From Candidatus Nealsonbacteria bacterium (GTDB taxonomy: Bacteria; Patescibacteriota; Minisyncoccia; Minisyncoccales; UBA6532), in the NCBI GenBank assembly GCA_016186485.1, contig JACPLN010000007.1:33603-97602 (forward strand): a DNA stretch of 64,000 nt. The letters are read 5' to 3'. This document shows positions 24,356 through 34,729 of the stretch, one piece after another. Position numbers and translations under genes: made by a program. Numbering within the stretch: the first letter of the stretch is position 1; each line of letters begins with the position of its first letter. The notes beneath the pieces are model-generated. The model worked only from the letters and a program-made list of their open reading frames with translations. It did no database searches and had not been told where the DNA came from.

Positions 24356-24383
24356 TAGACAAAAAGGGCAATTTTTGTATAAT
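24356..24383 (+). promoter_or_regulatory. Putative promoter of the roughly 20-kb uxs-to-methyltransferase operon
   Basis: TAGACA, 16-nt spacer, TATAAT (24378-24383), in the 85-bp divergent gap. Confidence 0.45.
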
Positions 24384-24421
24384 AAAATTGTACACCGATG
24401 GTCTTAAAGACCCTTGTTTTT

Positions 24422-25369
24422 ATGCCAAAGCAAAAAACCATTTTAGTCACCGGGGGAGCCGGATTCATCGGATCTCACCTTTGCAAAAAGCTTCTGGAAT
24501 TAGGCAATAAAGTTATTTGTATTGATAACTTTTTTACCGGCAGCAGGGAAAACATTAAGGATTTTTTGAAAAATCCCAATTTTTCTTTGATAGAGCATGA
24601 TGTAACCGAACCTATTTTTGTTGCCTCTCTAGACCAAATTTATCATTTGGCATGCCCTGCTTCTCCCGTCCACTACCAGTTAAATCCCATTGAGACGGTA
24701 AGAACCAATGTCATCGGCACTGCCAATATGCTGGATTTGGCAAAAAGAGCCGGCGCGAGAATTCTTCAGGCTTCAACCTCCGAGGTTTACGGAAATCCTT
24801 TAGAGCACCCCCAAAACGAGAGTTATTGGGGAAATGTCAACCCAATAGGAATTAGGTCCTGTTACGATGAAGGAAAAAGGGTTGCTGAAACATTATTCTT
24901 GGATTATCACCGCAAAGGCGGAGTTGATATCAGGGTTGTCAGGATATTTAACACTTACGGCCCGAACATGCACAAGAACGACGGCAGGGTGGTATCAAAC
25001 TTTATTGTTCAGGCCCTGAAAGGCGAACCGTTGACCATATATGGTTCCGGAATTCACAGCAGGTCATTCCAATACGTTGACGACCTGATAGAGGGAATGG
25101 TTAAAATGATGGGCAATGAAAACGGTTTTATCGGTCCGGTCAATTTGGGTAATCCCGGTGAATTTACCATAAGGGAATTGGCAGAAACGGTGATAAGATT
25201 GATTCCCGAAAGCAAAAGCAAAATTACTTACCGCAAGCTGCCAGACGACGATCCGGAGCGCAGGCGCCCGGACATTAGTTTGGCAAAAACGAAATTAGGC
25301 TGGGAGCCAAAAGTTCCCCTTGATGAAGGCCTTAAAAAAACAATAGAATATTTTAGGAGAATTGTTTAA
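24422..25369 (+). CDS. uxs: UDP-glucuronate decarboxylase (UDP-xylose synthase)
   Basis: [73 protein letters not shown]. An alternative ATG lies at 24398. Confidence 0.85.
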   Translation: MPKQKTILVTGGAGFIGSHLCKKLLELGNKVICIDNFFTGSRENIKDFLKNPNFSLIEHDVTEPIFVASLDQIYHLACPASPVHYQLNPIETVRTNVIGTANMLDLAKRAGARILQASTSEVYGNPLEHPQNESYWGNVNPIGIRSCYDEGKRVAETLFLDYHRKGGVDIRVVRIFNTYGPNMHKNDGRVVSNFIVQALKGEPLTIYGSGIHSRSFQYVDDLIEGMVKMMGNENGFIGPVNLGNPGEFTIRELAETVIRLIPESKSKITYRKLPDDDPERRRPDISLAKTKLGWEPKVPLDEGLKKTIEYFRRIV

Positions 25370-26454
25370 TGGGGATAAAAAACAACAAATATTTAGTTTT
25401 GGCGCTGATTTTTGCCCTTTTTAACGCAGGGGCAATTTTCTTTATTTTTGGGGCCCAGAAATACGGCGATAGCCAGGATTATATAGAAGTTATCAATTGG
25501 TTCAGAGGAGAGCCGTCGCAGATTACCCCATGGAGATTGCTAAGGCCGCTGGGGCCTTTGATGGCTGCACCGTTTGAATTTTTAGGAAAGGGATCCGGTT
25601 TGGTTTTAGAAAACATAATTTTTTATCTGCTTTCGGCCATTCTGATATTTAAAATAACGGAATTAATTTATGGTTTTCGCCGGCAAGCCCTTTTCGCATC
25701 CATTTTTTTTGTTACGGCCACTCCCGTGATTGAATTTGGCCTGTCTTATTTAGTTGATATGGGGGGCTGGTTCTTTTATTTGCTTTCCATCTATTTAACC
25801 CTGCTTTATTTTAAGAACAAAAACGAAAGATTAATTGCAATAAACGGGCTTCTTTCCGGCATCGGGGTTTTTATGAAGGAGACGGCTGGCTTAGGAGTCA
25901 TATTTTTTGGATTAATGGTTTTGTTTTCGGGCAGCCTTAATATCAAAGAAAAAATATTCAAGATAGCGCGTTTCGGAGCATTTTTCTTAGTTCCTTTTGC
26001 CCTCATCCAGGTTTTGATATTCAGGTATTTTCATATAACTTTTTTAGACTGGTATTTAATGGGGACTAGCCGTTTTGGGGAAGGATTGCTTCTGGTGTTT
26101 TTGAGGTATCTGGGCCAGCTTTTTAGGGTCTTGGGAGCGCTTTGGCCGCTTGTTTTAATCGGGATATGGCAGGAATTACGAGAGAAAAACCTAGAAAGGA
26201 TAAAAATATTTCTGGCTCTAATTCCTTCTTCGTTTTCTTTTCTGCTTTGGACTTTTGGGGGAGGAGGGCGAGTAGCCTTTATTTTTGCCCCCCTGGGCAT
26301 TGTTTTGGCCAGCTACGGATTATATGGGCAGAAAAATAAATTAGGGATTGCGTTGTTTTTATCGGCAATGATAATTTTGAATTATTACTTTTCCTTTATT
26401 AATCCGAAAGTTGCTTTTGTAGATGAAATCGCAAAGCTTCTTGGATTATTATAA
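25369..26454 (+). CDS. Polytopic membrane protein (about 10 TM), distant relative of the 30749 and 37584 products; putative GT-C-like
   Basis: Hydrophobic throughout. Early loop LLRPLGPL resembles the RPLY(S/P)F of the two paralogs. TAATG overlap with uxs. Confidence 0.4.
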   Translation: MGIKNNKYLVLALIFALFNAGAIFFIFGAQKYGDSQDYIEVINWFRGEPSQITPWRLLRPLGPLMAAPFEFLGKGSGLVLENIIFYLLSAILIFKITELIYGFRRQALFASIFFVTATPVIEFGLSYLVDMGGWFFYLLSIYLTLLYFKNKNERLIAINGLLSGIGVFMKETAGLGVIFFGLMVLFSGSLNIKEKIFKIARFGAFFLVPFALIQVLIFRYFHITFLDWYLMGTSRFGEGLLLVFLRYLGQLFRVLGALWPLVLIGIWQELREKNLERIKIFLALIPSSFSFLLWTFGGGGRVAFIFAPLGIVLASYGLYGQKNKLGIALFLSAMIILNYYFSFINPKVAFVDEIAKLLGLL

Positions 26455-26479
26455 TTATAATATACTAAAAATATAATAT

Positions 26480-27181
26480 ATGAAACTTTCTGTCGTAATT
26501 CCGGTTTATAACGAGAAAAATACTATTTTGGAATGCCTTAATAAGGTTGAAGACGTTGACCTGGGAGCAATTGAAAAAGAAATTATTATCATTGACGACG
26601 GTTCTACAGACGGCACCAGAGAAATTTTAAAGACCATAGAAAGCAAATACAGGGTGATTTATCACGAAAAGAACCAAGGGAAGGGAATGGCAATCAGAAA
26701 CGGCTTTGGAGCGGCAAAGGGCGACGTTATTTTAATCCAGGACGCAGACTTGGAATATAACCCTTTAAATTACCCCATGCTGATCAAACCAATCTTAGAG
26801 GATCGGGCCGACGTGGTCTACGGATCCAGATTTTTAAACAAAGACTTTCGGCATATTTCTTTGTCTTTTTATCTTGGAAACAAGTTTTTAACTATTTTTT
26901 CCAACTTATTGACGGGACTTAACTTAACCGACATGGAAACCTGCTATAAGGTTTTCAGCAAGAAGGCGCTAGACGAAATTCTGCCCCATCTTACTGCCAA
27001 GCGTTTTGAGATTGAACCGGAGTTGACTGCCCGGATTTCGCAAAAAAGGCACAGATTTTTAGAGGTGGGGCTTTCTTTTATCGGGCGGTCCCGCACCCAT
27101 AAAGAGGGGAAGAAAATAAACTGGAAAGACGGTTTGGCTGCCATGCGGTATATGATAAAATTCAATTTGTTTAGCAGATGA
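26480..27181 (+). CDS. GT2 glycosyltransferase, polyprenyl-phosphate-sugar synthase-like (Dpm1/ArnC/GtrB type)
   Basis: LSVVIPVYNEKNTI, IIIDDGSTDGT, IQDADLEYNP. Confidence 0.8.
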   Translation: MKLSVVIPVYNEKNTILECLNKVEDVDLGAIEKEIIIIDDGSTDGTREILKTIESKYRVIYHEKNQGKGMAIRNGFGAAKGDVILIQDADLEYNPLNYPMLIKPILEDRADVVYGSRFLNKDFRHISLSFYLGNKFLTIFSNLLTGLNLTDMETCYKVFSKKALDEILPHLTAKRFEIEPELTARISQKRHRFLEVGLSFIGRSRTHKEGKKINWKDGLAAMRYMIKFNLFSR

Positions 27182-28107
27182 CGAGCAACTTTTGGAAAAA
27201 TAAAAAGATTTTAGTTACCGGAGCCCAGGGATTCCTGGGAAAGCATTTGGTAAAGAATCTTTTAGAGAATCGCCGGGTTCTTAAAGAAAACCTCTTTTTG
27301 CCCGCAATTGAAGAGCTTGATTTAAGAAGATGGGAAGATTGCAAGTCTGCAGTTGAAAATAAAGATATGGTTATTCACTTGGCCGCAGTTACCGGCAACG
27401 CTGAATTTCATCGGGTAAATCAGGGCAAAACATTTTACGATAATCTTATAATGGGCGTCCAGCTTATGGAGGCAGCAAGGCAGGCCGGAATTAAAAAGTT
27501 CGTATCAATAGGAAGCGTCACCGAGTATCCCAAAAAAGCCCCTTTTCCTTTTAGGGAGGATGGATTGTGGGAGGGCTACCCGGAAGAAATTCACGCGCCA
27601 TACAGTTTCGCTAAAATGATGTTATTGGTTCAAGGAAAAGCCTATCGCCAGCAATATAATTTTAATGCAATCCATTTGTTACTTACCAATATGTTCGGGC
27701 CCGGAACGAGCATGGGTAACGCCGTTATTCCTTCTGTCATAAAAAAAATTAAAGAAGCAAAGGAAGCTAAAAGAGAATTTATTGAGCTTTGGGGAACCGG
27801 AAGGCCGACCAGAGATTTTTTATACGTTGAAGACGCGGTTGAAGGAATTCTGCTTGCCGCAGAAAAGTATGATAAGTCAGAACCGGTAAATATAGGATCC
27901 GGGAAGGAATTATCCATAAAAAGTTTGGCAGATATTATTTGCCGTTTGATGAGCTTTAGCGGCAAAGTCGTTTGGGATGCCTCAAAACCAGACGGCCAGC
28001 CGAGATGGTTAATGGATACAAGCCTTGCCAAAAAAGAATTCGGGTTTGAGGCAAAAACCGCCATTGAAGAAGGCCTGATTAAAACAATTAATTATGAGCA
28101 GCAGTAA
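27178..28107 (+). CDS. GDP-L-fucose-synthase paralog lacking the epimerase acid/base residues (probable plain NDP-4-keto-6-deoxyhexose reductase)
   Basis: About 60% identical by eye to the 34730 product. Keeps YSFAK (YxxxK), but GSVTEYP replaces GTVCAYP/GSSCIYP, and SMGNAVIPS replaces the KSHVIS/NSHVIP segment with a 3-aa deletion. Confidence 0.6.
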   Translation: MTSNFWKNKKILVTGAQGFLGKHLVKNLLENRRVLKENLFLPAIEELDLRRWEDCKSAVENKDMVIHLAAVTGNAEFHRVNQGKTFYDNLIMGVQLMEAARQAGIKKFVSIGSVTEYPKKAPFPFREDGLWEGYPEEIHAPYSFAKMMLLVQGKAYRQQYNFNAIHLLLTNMFGPGTSMGNAVIPSVIKKIKEAKEAKREFIELWGTGRPTRDFLYVEDAVEGILLAAEKYDKSEPVNIGSGKELSIKSLADIICRLMSFSGKVVWDASKPDGQPRWLMDTSLAKKEFGFEAKTAIEEGLIKTINYEQQ

Positions 28108-29344
28108 AAACACAAAGGTTATAACCGCTTGCCGTTCTTGCTTTTCAAAACAGCTTATCCCTATTTTTTCATTGGGGAAATTATGCATTTCAAACTTTAT
28201 AGATCTGCCAAGGGCGAGAGAAATAAAAATGCCCCTGGAATTGGTTCTTTGCAAGAGTTGCTGGCTGCTGCAGCTGAAACATACCATATCTCAAGAACAA
28301 TTATACCGCAATTATTGGTACAGATCCGGCGTTAACAAAACAATGAGAGAAGAGCTTGCCGGCATTTCTTCAAGAGCGCCCAAATTGGTTGACCTTAATA
28401 GGGGAGATTTTGTTTTGGACATAGGAAGCAACGACAGCACGCTGCTGCTTTCTTATAAAAGAAAAGGATTAAGGCTTGTTGGATTTGAGCCGGCCAGAAA
28501 CTTAATGTCTCTTGCCAGAGCCAAAGGCGCGGACATTATCAATGATTTTTTTAACTACGAGGCTTGGAGGAAAAAATTCGGTAAAGCAAAGGCTAAAATT
28601 ATTACGGCAATCGCAATGTTTTATGACTTGGATAATCCAAATAAGTTTGTTGCGGACGCCAGAAAATGCCTTGATGAAAAAGGCGTATTTATAATTCAAA
28701 TGAGTTATTTGCCATCAATGCTTCAGCAAAATGATTTTTCCAACATTTGCCATGAGCATTTAGAATATTATTCTTTGACCTCTCTAAAAAATCTTTTATA
28801 TAGGCACGGTCTTGAGGTTTTTGACGCAGAGCTTAATGACATTAATGGAGGAAGTTTCCGCATTTATATTCAGCATAAAGGATGCAGGCCGATAAGTAAC
28901 CGCGTTAGAAAATTAGAAGAATTTGAAAAGGGACTTGGCCTTTCCAGCAAAAAACCATACAAGGAATTTATTTCCAGGATTCTTGCAGAAAGAGAAAGGC
29001 TGAATAGCTTTATTAAAAGCGAAGCTGAAAGAGGAAAGGATGTTTATGTTTACGGCGCTTCAACCAAGGGCAACACAATTCTGCAGTTTTGCAATTTAAA
29101 ATATCCTTTGATTAAAGCTGCGGCAGACAGGAATCCCATGAAATGGGGCAAAAAAACAGTCGCTACCCTAATCCCAATTATTTCCGAAGAGCAGGCCCGC
29201 AAAGAGCGCCCTGATTATTTCTTGGTTTTGCCCTGGCATTTCCTTAAAGAGTTTATTACCAGGGAAAAAAAATATCTTGAGTCGGGGGGAAAATTTATTA
29301 TACCCTTGCCAAATTTCAAAATTATTAGCCGGGAAGATTTATGA
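28094..29344 (+). CDS. NDP-hexose C-methyltransferase (TylCIII-like) with N-terminal Zn-ribbon
   Basis: CRSC...CKSC ribbon followed by WYRSG, SAM motif VLDIGSNDSTLL, and the C-terminal domain typical of sugar C-methyltransferases (VYVYGASTKGNT...ADRNP.K.GK). Confidence 0.65.
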   Translation: MSSSKNTKVITACRSCFSKQLIPIFSLGKLCISNFIDLPRAREIKMPLELVLCKSCWLLQLKHTISQEQLYRNYWYRSGVNKTMREELAGISSRAPKLVDLNRGDFVLDIGSNDSTLLLSYKRKGLRLVGFEPARNLMSLARAKGADIINDFFNYEAWRKKFGKAKAKIITAIAMFYDLDNPNKFVADARKCLDEKGVFIIQMSYLPSMLQQNDFSNICHEHLEYYSLTSLKNLLYRHGLEVFDAELNDINGGSFRIYIQHKGCRPISNRVRKLEEFEKGLGLSSKKPYKEFISRILAERERLNSFIKSEAERGKDVYVYGASTKGNTILQFCNLKYPLIKAAADRNPMKWGKKTVATLIPIISEEQARKERPDYFLVLPWHFLKEFITREKKYLESGGKFIIPLPNFKIISREDL

Positions 29345-30747
29345 AAGACGTCATTATTATTCCGACTTACAACGAAAGGGAGAATATTAAGAATCTTTTG
29401 GGAACGATTTCTTCGCTTTTTCCGAACGTTCATATTTTGGTTGTTGACGACAATTCGCCCGACCAGACCGCAAACGAGGTTAAAGAGGCCCAAAAGCAAA
29501 TTCCCAATTTAGAACTATTGTTAAGGCCCAAAAAGGAAGGTTTGGGAAGAGCTTACATTTCAGCCTTCCAAAAAGTTTTGGCCTCGGGACAGGTCAGCTC
29601 TTTGTGCACCATGGATGCCGATTTTTCCCACAGCGCCAGATATTTAAAAAATATGTTTTCCGGAATAAGAGAATTTGACGTTGTTGTAGGTTCAAGGTAC
29701 CTGAAGGAGGGGGGAGTCAGCGGATATAAGTTTTTTCGGAGAATGGTAAGTTTGGCGGCAAGCCTTTATTGCAGGATAATGTTCCGTTTGCCCATAGCCG
29801 ACTACACCAGCGGATTTATGTGCATTAGGGCCCCTTTGCTCAGGAAGATTGATTTTAGAAAAATTGACTCTTCGGGATTCGCCTTTTTAATAGAGCTGAA
29901 ATATCTTTTGTGGGAGAGGGGAGCTAAGTTTAAGGAGTTTCCAATAATTCTTGAAAACCGAAGGGAGGGAAAATCGAAAATAGGAACCCCGGTCGTTTTG
30001 GAGGGGATTCTTCTTCCCTGGAAGTTAATCATTAAAAGCTTTTCCAGGAAATTTAAGAGTCTTTCGGGGGTAATTAAAGAAGCCTTGATAAAAAGGGGGA
30101 TATTTTTCATTATTTATCACGGGCCCAGGGTTTTATACCGAAGCTGCATTAAGAAAAGTAAAGATTTCTTCGTTTTTCAGAATAAAAGGTATCAATACCT
30201 TTATCGTTTATACAATTGCACCTGCCTTAATGAAAGGTCTGTTGAGATTCCTCTTGCCCTAAAAGCGTTTGAGGAATACAAGGGAAAGAGAATTCTTGAA
30301 GTTGGCAACGTCCTTTCCCATTATTTCCCCTTTCAGCATGATGTTATAGACAAATACGAAAAGTTTGACGGCGTAATCAATCAAGATGTCGTTGATTTCC
30401 AGCCATTAGAGAAATACGACCTTATTGTGAGCGTTTCAACGCTGGAACACGTAGGGTTTGACGAAGAACCGAAAGACCCTCGGAAGATTTTATTCGCGTT
30501 AGAAAACCTAAAAAGGATTTTGGCCAGGAGGGGTAAAATATTCATTACTTTGTGCCTGGGGTATAACTTAGAAATGGACAAGCTTTTAGAAAAAGGCGCC
30601 ATTAAATTCAGCAAACAATACTTTTTAAAGAGAGTATCAAATGATAATAAATGGAAAGAGGTGAGTCAGGAGGAAGTTAAAGGAATAGGGTACGATCACG
30701 CCGGCTGGACGGCTAGGGGTTTGGTTATCGGCATTATAGAAAATTAA
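29341..30747 (+). CDS. Fusion protein: GT2 polyprenyl-phosphate-sugar synthase-like domain plus C-terminal methyltransferase-like domain
   Basis: N-terminal VIIIPTYNERENI, VVDDNSPDQT, MDADFSH (Dpm1-like). C-terminal RILEVGNVLSHYF ... YDLIVSVSTLEHVGFDE (class I methyltransferase-like). Confidence 0.7.
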   Translation: MKDVIIIPTYNERENIKNLLGTISSLFPNVHILVVDDNSPDQTANEVKEAQKQIPNLELLLRPKKEGLGRAYISAFQKVLASGQVSSLCTMDADFSHSARYLKNMFSGIREFDVVVGSRYLKEGGVSGYKFFRRMVSLAASLYCRIMFRLPIADYTSGFMCIRAPLLRKIDFRKIDSSGFAFLIELKYLLWERGAKFKEFPIILENRREGKSKIGTPVVLEGILLPWKLIIKSFSRKFKSLSGVIKEALIKRGIFFIIYHGPRVLYRSCIKKSKDFFVFQNKRYQYLYRLYNCTCLNERSVEIPLALKAFEEYKGKRILEVGNVLSHYFPFQHDVIDKYEKFDGVINQDVVDFQPLEKYDLIVSVSTLEHVGFDEEPKDPRKILFALENLKRILARRGKIFITLCLGYNLEMDKLLEKGAIKFSKQYFLKRVSNDNKWKEVSQEEVKGIGYDHAGWTARGLVIGIIEN

Positions 30748-30748
30748 A

Positions 30749-31987
30749 ATGAAAAATCTAATTCAAAATAATCGGTTTTTAACGCTTGTCTTGATATCCC
30801 TTTTGTTTTTCCAGCTGATTTACAGCTTTTTATTTCCGGCCGCGGGTTTTAACGATAATTGGCTGCCCGTCGCCGATTATCTTCCAAAGTTTAGGGTTGA
30901 GAGTTCCGACAGCTTTCTTTTAGAAAAAGTTTACCCCTTGATTCCTAGGGGTTATCGTCTGAATAGCGACGTGGGCCATTACCTGGAGCTTGCAAAAGAT
31001 TTTACCCCGGAATATTTTAAGAACCACGTTCTTCTTTCGCGTCCTCTCTATTCGTTTTTAGTTTTTTCTGTTTCTCTGCCCGGCCGTTTTTTCGTAGCGC
31101 CTTCTTACGGAATCATCTTCGGGCTGGCAATCCTGGTTAATTTTATCCTAATGACCTTTGCGGTTCTGCTGTTTTTCGGGCTTTTAAAGAAGATATTTTC
31201 TTTGAAGACGGCATTTTTGTCTTCGGTTTTGCTCATTTTTTCTCCTTTCAGCCACGCTTCCATTTTGCAGCCGAGGGCCGAGATTCTGACTGTTTTTAGC
31301 GTAGTTGCGAGCGCCTATCTTCTTTACAATTACGCCAAAAAACCTTCAACCTTTAAACTCGCAGTTTTCTCTTTGGTCATCGGAGTTTTTATGCTGGCAA
31401 AAATGTTTTTTGCCTTGCCTCTTTTCATCATCCTTTTAGCGGTTTACTTAAGGCGCTATAAAGAGGGGTTTGCCTTTTTTGTAATCCACTTGATTCCATT
31501 TTTTCTCTGGTATCTTTTTGTAACCCAGGTCTGGAGAATTCCTTTTTACATCCACGAAATCCAATATTATGGAGAAGAGATGTGGATATTTAAGATATTT
31601 CAGCTGCCATGGCAGCAAACATACAAATTATTGTTGGAGTCCCTGCCCAATTTTATTAAGGGCCTGATTTACAGTTTTCTTTTGATTCCTGTTATTTTCT
31701 CTGTAATTGGCCTCCGGCGTTTAAGGGTTTCTTTGGGAAATATTCTTTATTTGGGCCCGATTTTCTCGGTTTTTCTTCTTTCTCTCTTTACGAATACCTA
31801 TTATCCCCGCATCATATTTTTGTTGTTCCCCATTATTTATCCCACCTGCGTTTTAGGGATAGACAGGGCAGCTAATTTCTTTAAAAACTACCAATCCTGG
31901 CTTTACCCAATTTTTTATGTCGCCGCCGTCGGATTCATAATAGTTATTTCAAACATTAATATTTATCAGATCTTTTACTACCTGTGA
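30749..31987 (+). CDS. Polytopic membrane protein, paralog A of an uncharacterised GT-C-like family
   Basis: Aligns along its whole length with the 37584 product (SRPLYSFLVF / NRPLYPFFIF, LLIFSPFSHA / LFIFSPFVHT, YLRRYKEG / YFRRYKEG). Confidence 0.5.
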   Translation: MKNLIQNNRFLTLVLISLLFFQLIYSFLFPAAGFNDNWLPVADYLPKFRVESSDSFLLEKVYPLIPRGYRLNSDVGHYLELAKDFTPEYFKNHVLLSRPLYSFLVFSVSLPGRFFVAPSYGIIFGLAILVNFILMTFAVLLFFGLLKKIFSLKTAFLSSVLLIFSPFSHASILQPRAEILTVFSVVASAYLLYNYAKKPSTFKLAVFSLVIGVFMLAKMFFALPLFIILLAVYLRRYKEGFAFFVIHLIPFFLWYLFVTQVWRIPFYIHEIQYYGEEMWIFKIFQLPWQQTYKLLLESLPNFIKGLIYSFLLIPVIFSVIGLRRLRVSLGNILYLGPIFSVFLLSLFTNTYYPRIIFLLFPIIYPTCVLGIDRAANFFKNYQSWLYPIFYVAAVGFIIVISNINIYQIFYYL

Positions 31988-33666
31988 TAAAAGATAAATT
32001 TACATTAATTCTGATAGCCGTTATTGTCCTTGGTTTTTTGCTGCGCTTTTGGGGTTTTCAGTTTGAATACCTATTTAATTCTATTGACGACGAAAGCTAT
32101 CAAGGCGCTTGCCTCTTGAGAATGATACAAAATAAAAGTCTTGACCCGAACGGCTGTCCAAACCCATATCCGGCCCTATTCGTCTTAATTCATTTTCCTA
32201 GCGTTATTATTGGTTTATTTGCTTTGTTGTTAAAGGCTAATTTTGATCTAGATGTTTTTAGGGGGATTATAGCGGTTTATCCGTTTTCAATTCTGCCCGC
32301 AATAAGGTTATTTTCAATAATTGCAGGTGCCTCCCAGATTTTTTTGATTTATAAAATAACCAAATCATTGTTTGGATCCTCAACTAAAGGATTAATTGCC
32401 GCTATATTTATGGCTGTCAGCCTAATGCCGGTTCAGATGTCGCACTGGGGGCGGCCCTGGACCCTTTCTTTGTTTTTTACCCTTTTAACCCTGTATTCTG
32501 GCATACAGATTTACAAGACCGGGGAAAGGAAGCATTATATTTTAAGCGCAATTTTTGCTTCATCTGGAATCGGCATCCATTATAGCGGGTTCTTTGCCGC
32601 TGTTTTTATTGCTTTCGGCCATTTTTTCAGGAAAATTAAAACGCAATTTAGAGGCAATAAAAATTTTTACTTGGCGGTCTTTCTGACTATTTTATTTTCT
32701 GCCCTTTGGATATTTTTAAACAGAACGGAGGTTTATAACGAGTTTTTGGGGTCCGATGGATATTCTAACTACTATTATCAAGGGTCGGGCATTGCGCAAT
32801 ATTTTTCTAACGCATTTTTATTCTTAAAGCATTTTGCCGCTTTTGATCCGGTGGTTTTCCTGCTATATGCTGCCGCCTTGTTAATTAATTTCCGAAAACT
32901 GTTTACTTTTGAATATTTATTTTTAACACTCTTTTTTATTTTTTATTTAGCTTTCATGGTATTTGCGAGCCTGGGAACCTATAGTCGATGGTCTTTGCCG
33001 CTGATCGCCGTTTCTTTGCCCATAGTCGCCGATTTCCTGGGAGATCTTAAAACCAGGTTTAAAGCCCGGTTTTCTTATGGCATCTTAATCGTTTTTCTTT
33101 TATTACCTTCGTTATTTTTTTCAGCAACCTGGGACTATATGTTAAATTTGCCGAATACCCGTTTTGCGGCCAAGGATTGGATAGAAAAAAACCTGCCGAT
33201 AAATTCTAAGGTCCTGTTTTTAGACGAAACCTCTGTTTTGGCTGAGAGTCAAGAGGGCGCCAAGTACCTTAATGAAGCGCTTTCTGGAATTCGCCCTCCA
33301 AATCCCCGTTATTTATATTTAGCAGAACGCGGCCAAAATGTTTTTCCGGGATACCAAGCAGTTACCAATCGTCAGTTCCTTGACAATAGAAGCTATTTTG
33401 AATCCCAGCCATTTGATTACTATGTTTTGTCTTACAGCAACGAGAGCGAATACCAAGAAAAAGTTAATTTAATTCCGGATCAAAAGGAATTAGAATTGAT
33501 AAAGGAAATTTTGCCTTTTGACCAGTCCGTCGGCGAGGCAGGTAAAAAAAGGCGGGAATCATTTGACCCAGAGCAGGGTTTTTCCATAGAATATCTAGAA
33601 ATCCTCAGAAATATTAGGATGACCGGCCCCACCATTGAAATTTACAGGAAAATCATTAAGATATAA
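31984..33666 (+). CDS. GT-C fold glycosyltransferase (ArnT/PMT, GT39/GT83-like)
   Basis: GTG start overlapping the upstream stop. N-terminal TM then acidic first loop [10 protein letters not shown]. About 11 TM plus a soluble C-terminal domain. Confidence 0.55.
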   Translation: MIKDKFTLILIAVIVLGFLLRFWGFQFEYLFNSIDDESYQGACLLRMIQNKSLDPNGCPNPYPALFVLIHFPSVIIGLFALLLKANFDLDVFRGIIAVYPFSILPAIRLFSIIAGASQIFLIYKITKSLFGSSTKGLIAAIFMAVSLMPVQMSHWGRPWTLSLFFTLLTLYSGIQIYKTGERKHYILSAIFASSGIGIHYSGFFAAVFIAFGHFFRKIKTQFRGNKNFYLAVFLTILFSALWIFLNRTEVYNEFLGSDGYSNYYYQGSGIAQYFSNAFLFLKHFAAFDPVVFLLYAAALLINFRKLFTFEYLFLTLFFIFYLAFMVFASLGTYSRWSLPLIAVSLPIVADFLGDLKTRFKARFSYGILIVFLLLPSLFFSATWDYMLNLPNTRFAAKDWIEKNLPINSKVLFLDETSVLAESQEGAKYLNEALSGIRPPNPRYLYLAERGQNVFPGYQAVTNRQFLDNRSYFESQPFDYYVLSYSNESEYQEKVNLIPDQKELELIKEILPFDQSVGEAGKKRRESFDPEQGFSIEYLEILRNIRMTGPTIEIYRKIIKI

Positions 33667-33670
33667 CTAT

Positions 33671-34729
33671 ATGGCAAAAAAAGCGCTTATAACGGGTATT
33701 ACGGGCCAAGACGGAAGTTATCTTGCCGAACTTTTGCTGTCTTTAGGCTATGAAACCCATGGCATCATTAGACGGGCAAGCACTTTTAATACCTCAAGAA
33801 TAGACCACCTTATTGAAGCAGATAAAAAATTGCCCGGCAGCCTTTTCTTGCACTACGGAGACATGGTTGACGCTACCGGCCTTATCCCGCTAATTCAGAA
33901 AATCCAGCCAGACGAGGTCTATAATTTAGCCGCCCAATCTCATGTAAAGGTATCTTTTGAAACCGCAGAATATACCTCAAATGCCGACGGCCTCGGAACC
34001 CTAAGGGTTTTAGAGGCTATTCGGCTTTTAAACCTGACCCAGAAAACCAAATTTTATCAAGCCTCAACAAGCGAATTATTTGGCAGGGTTCGGGAAATAC
34101 CTCAAACGGAAAGCACCGCTTTTTACCCCAGGAGCCCTTATGCCGTAGCCAAACTTTACGCTTTTTGGATAACGAAGAATTACAGAGAGGCGTACAACTT
34201 TTTTACCTGCAACGGAATACTTTTTAATCATGAAAGCCCGAGACGCGGCGAAACTTTTGTTACCAGAAAGATAACCAGGGGGATAGCCAGAATTAAAGCG
34301 GGCTTGGATAATAAAATTTACTTGGGCAATCTTGAGGCCAAAAGGGATTGGGGTTTTGCCCCGGAATACGTGGAAACAATGTGGAAAATGCTCCAGCAAG
34401 ACAATCCGGATGACTATGTGGTGGCAACCGCTGAACAGCACTCAGTAAGGGAATTTTTGGAAGAGGCTTTTAGGTATGCAGGTTTTGATTCTTGGGAAAA
34501 GCATGTTGAAACCGATTCCAGATATTTGAGGCCAACCGAAGCAGATGATTTACTGGGAAATCCCCTAAAAGCAAAAGAAAAATTAGGCTGGGAGCCGAAA
34601 ATAAAATTTAGAGAGCTTGTTAGGATTATGATAGACGCCGATTTTAGAAAATTGGGTTTAGCGGTCCCCGGCGATGGTGATAAAATTCTAAAAGAAAAAT
34701 TCCCCAATCGCTGGTGGTCGGGAGACTAA
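33671..34729 (+). CDS. gmd: GDP-mannose 4,6-dehydratase
   Basis: [70 protein letters not shown]. Confidence 0.95.
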   Translation: MAKKALITGITGQDGSYLAELLLSLGYETHGIIRRASTFNTSRIDHLIEADKKLPGSLFLHYGDMVDATGLIPLIQKIQPDEVYNLAAQSHVKVSFETAEYTSNADGLGTLRVLEAIRLLNLTQKTKFYQASTSELFGRVREIPQTESTAFYPRSPYAVAKLYAFWITKNYREAYNFFTCNGILFNHESPRRGETFVTRKITRGIARIKAGLDNKIYLGNLEAKRDWGFAPEYVETMWKMLQQDNPDDYVVATAEQHSVREFLEEAFRYAGFDSWEKHVETDSRYLRPTEADDLLGNPLKAKEKLGWEPKIKFRELVRIMIDADFRKLGLAVPGDGDKILKEKFPNRWWSGD

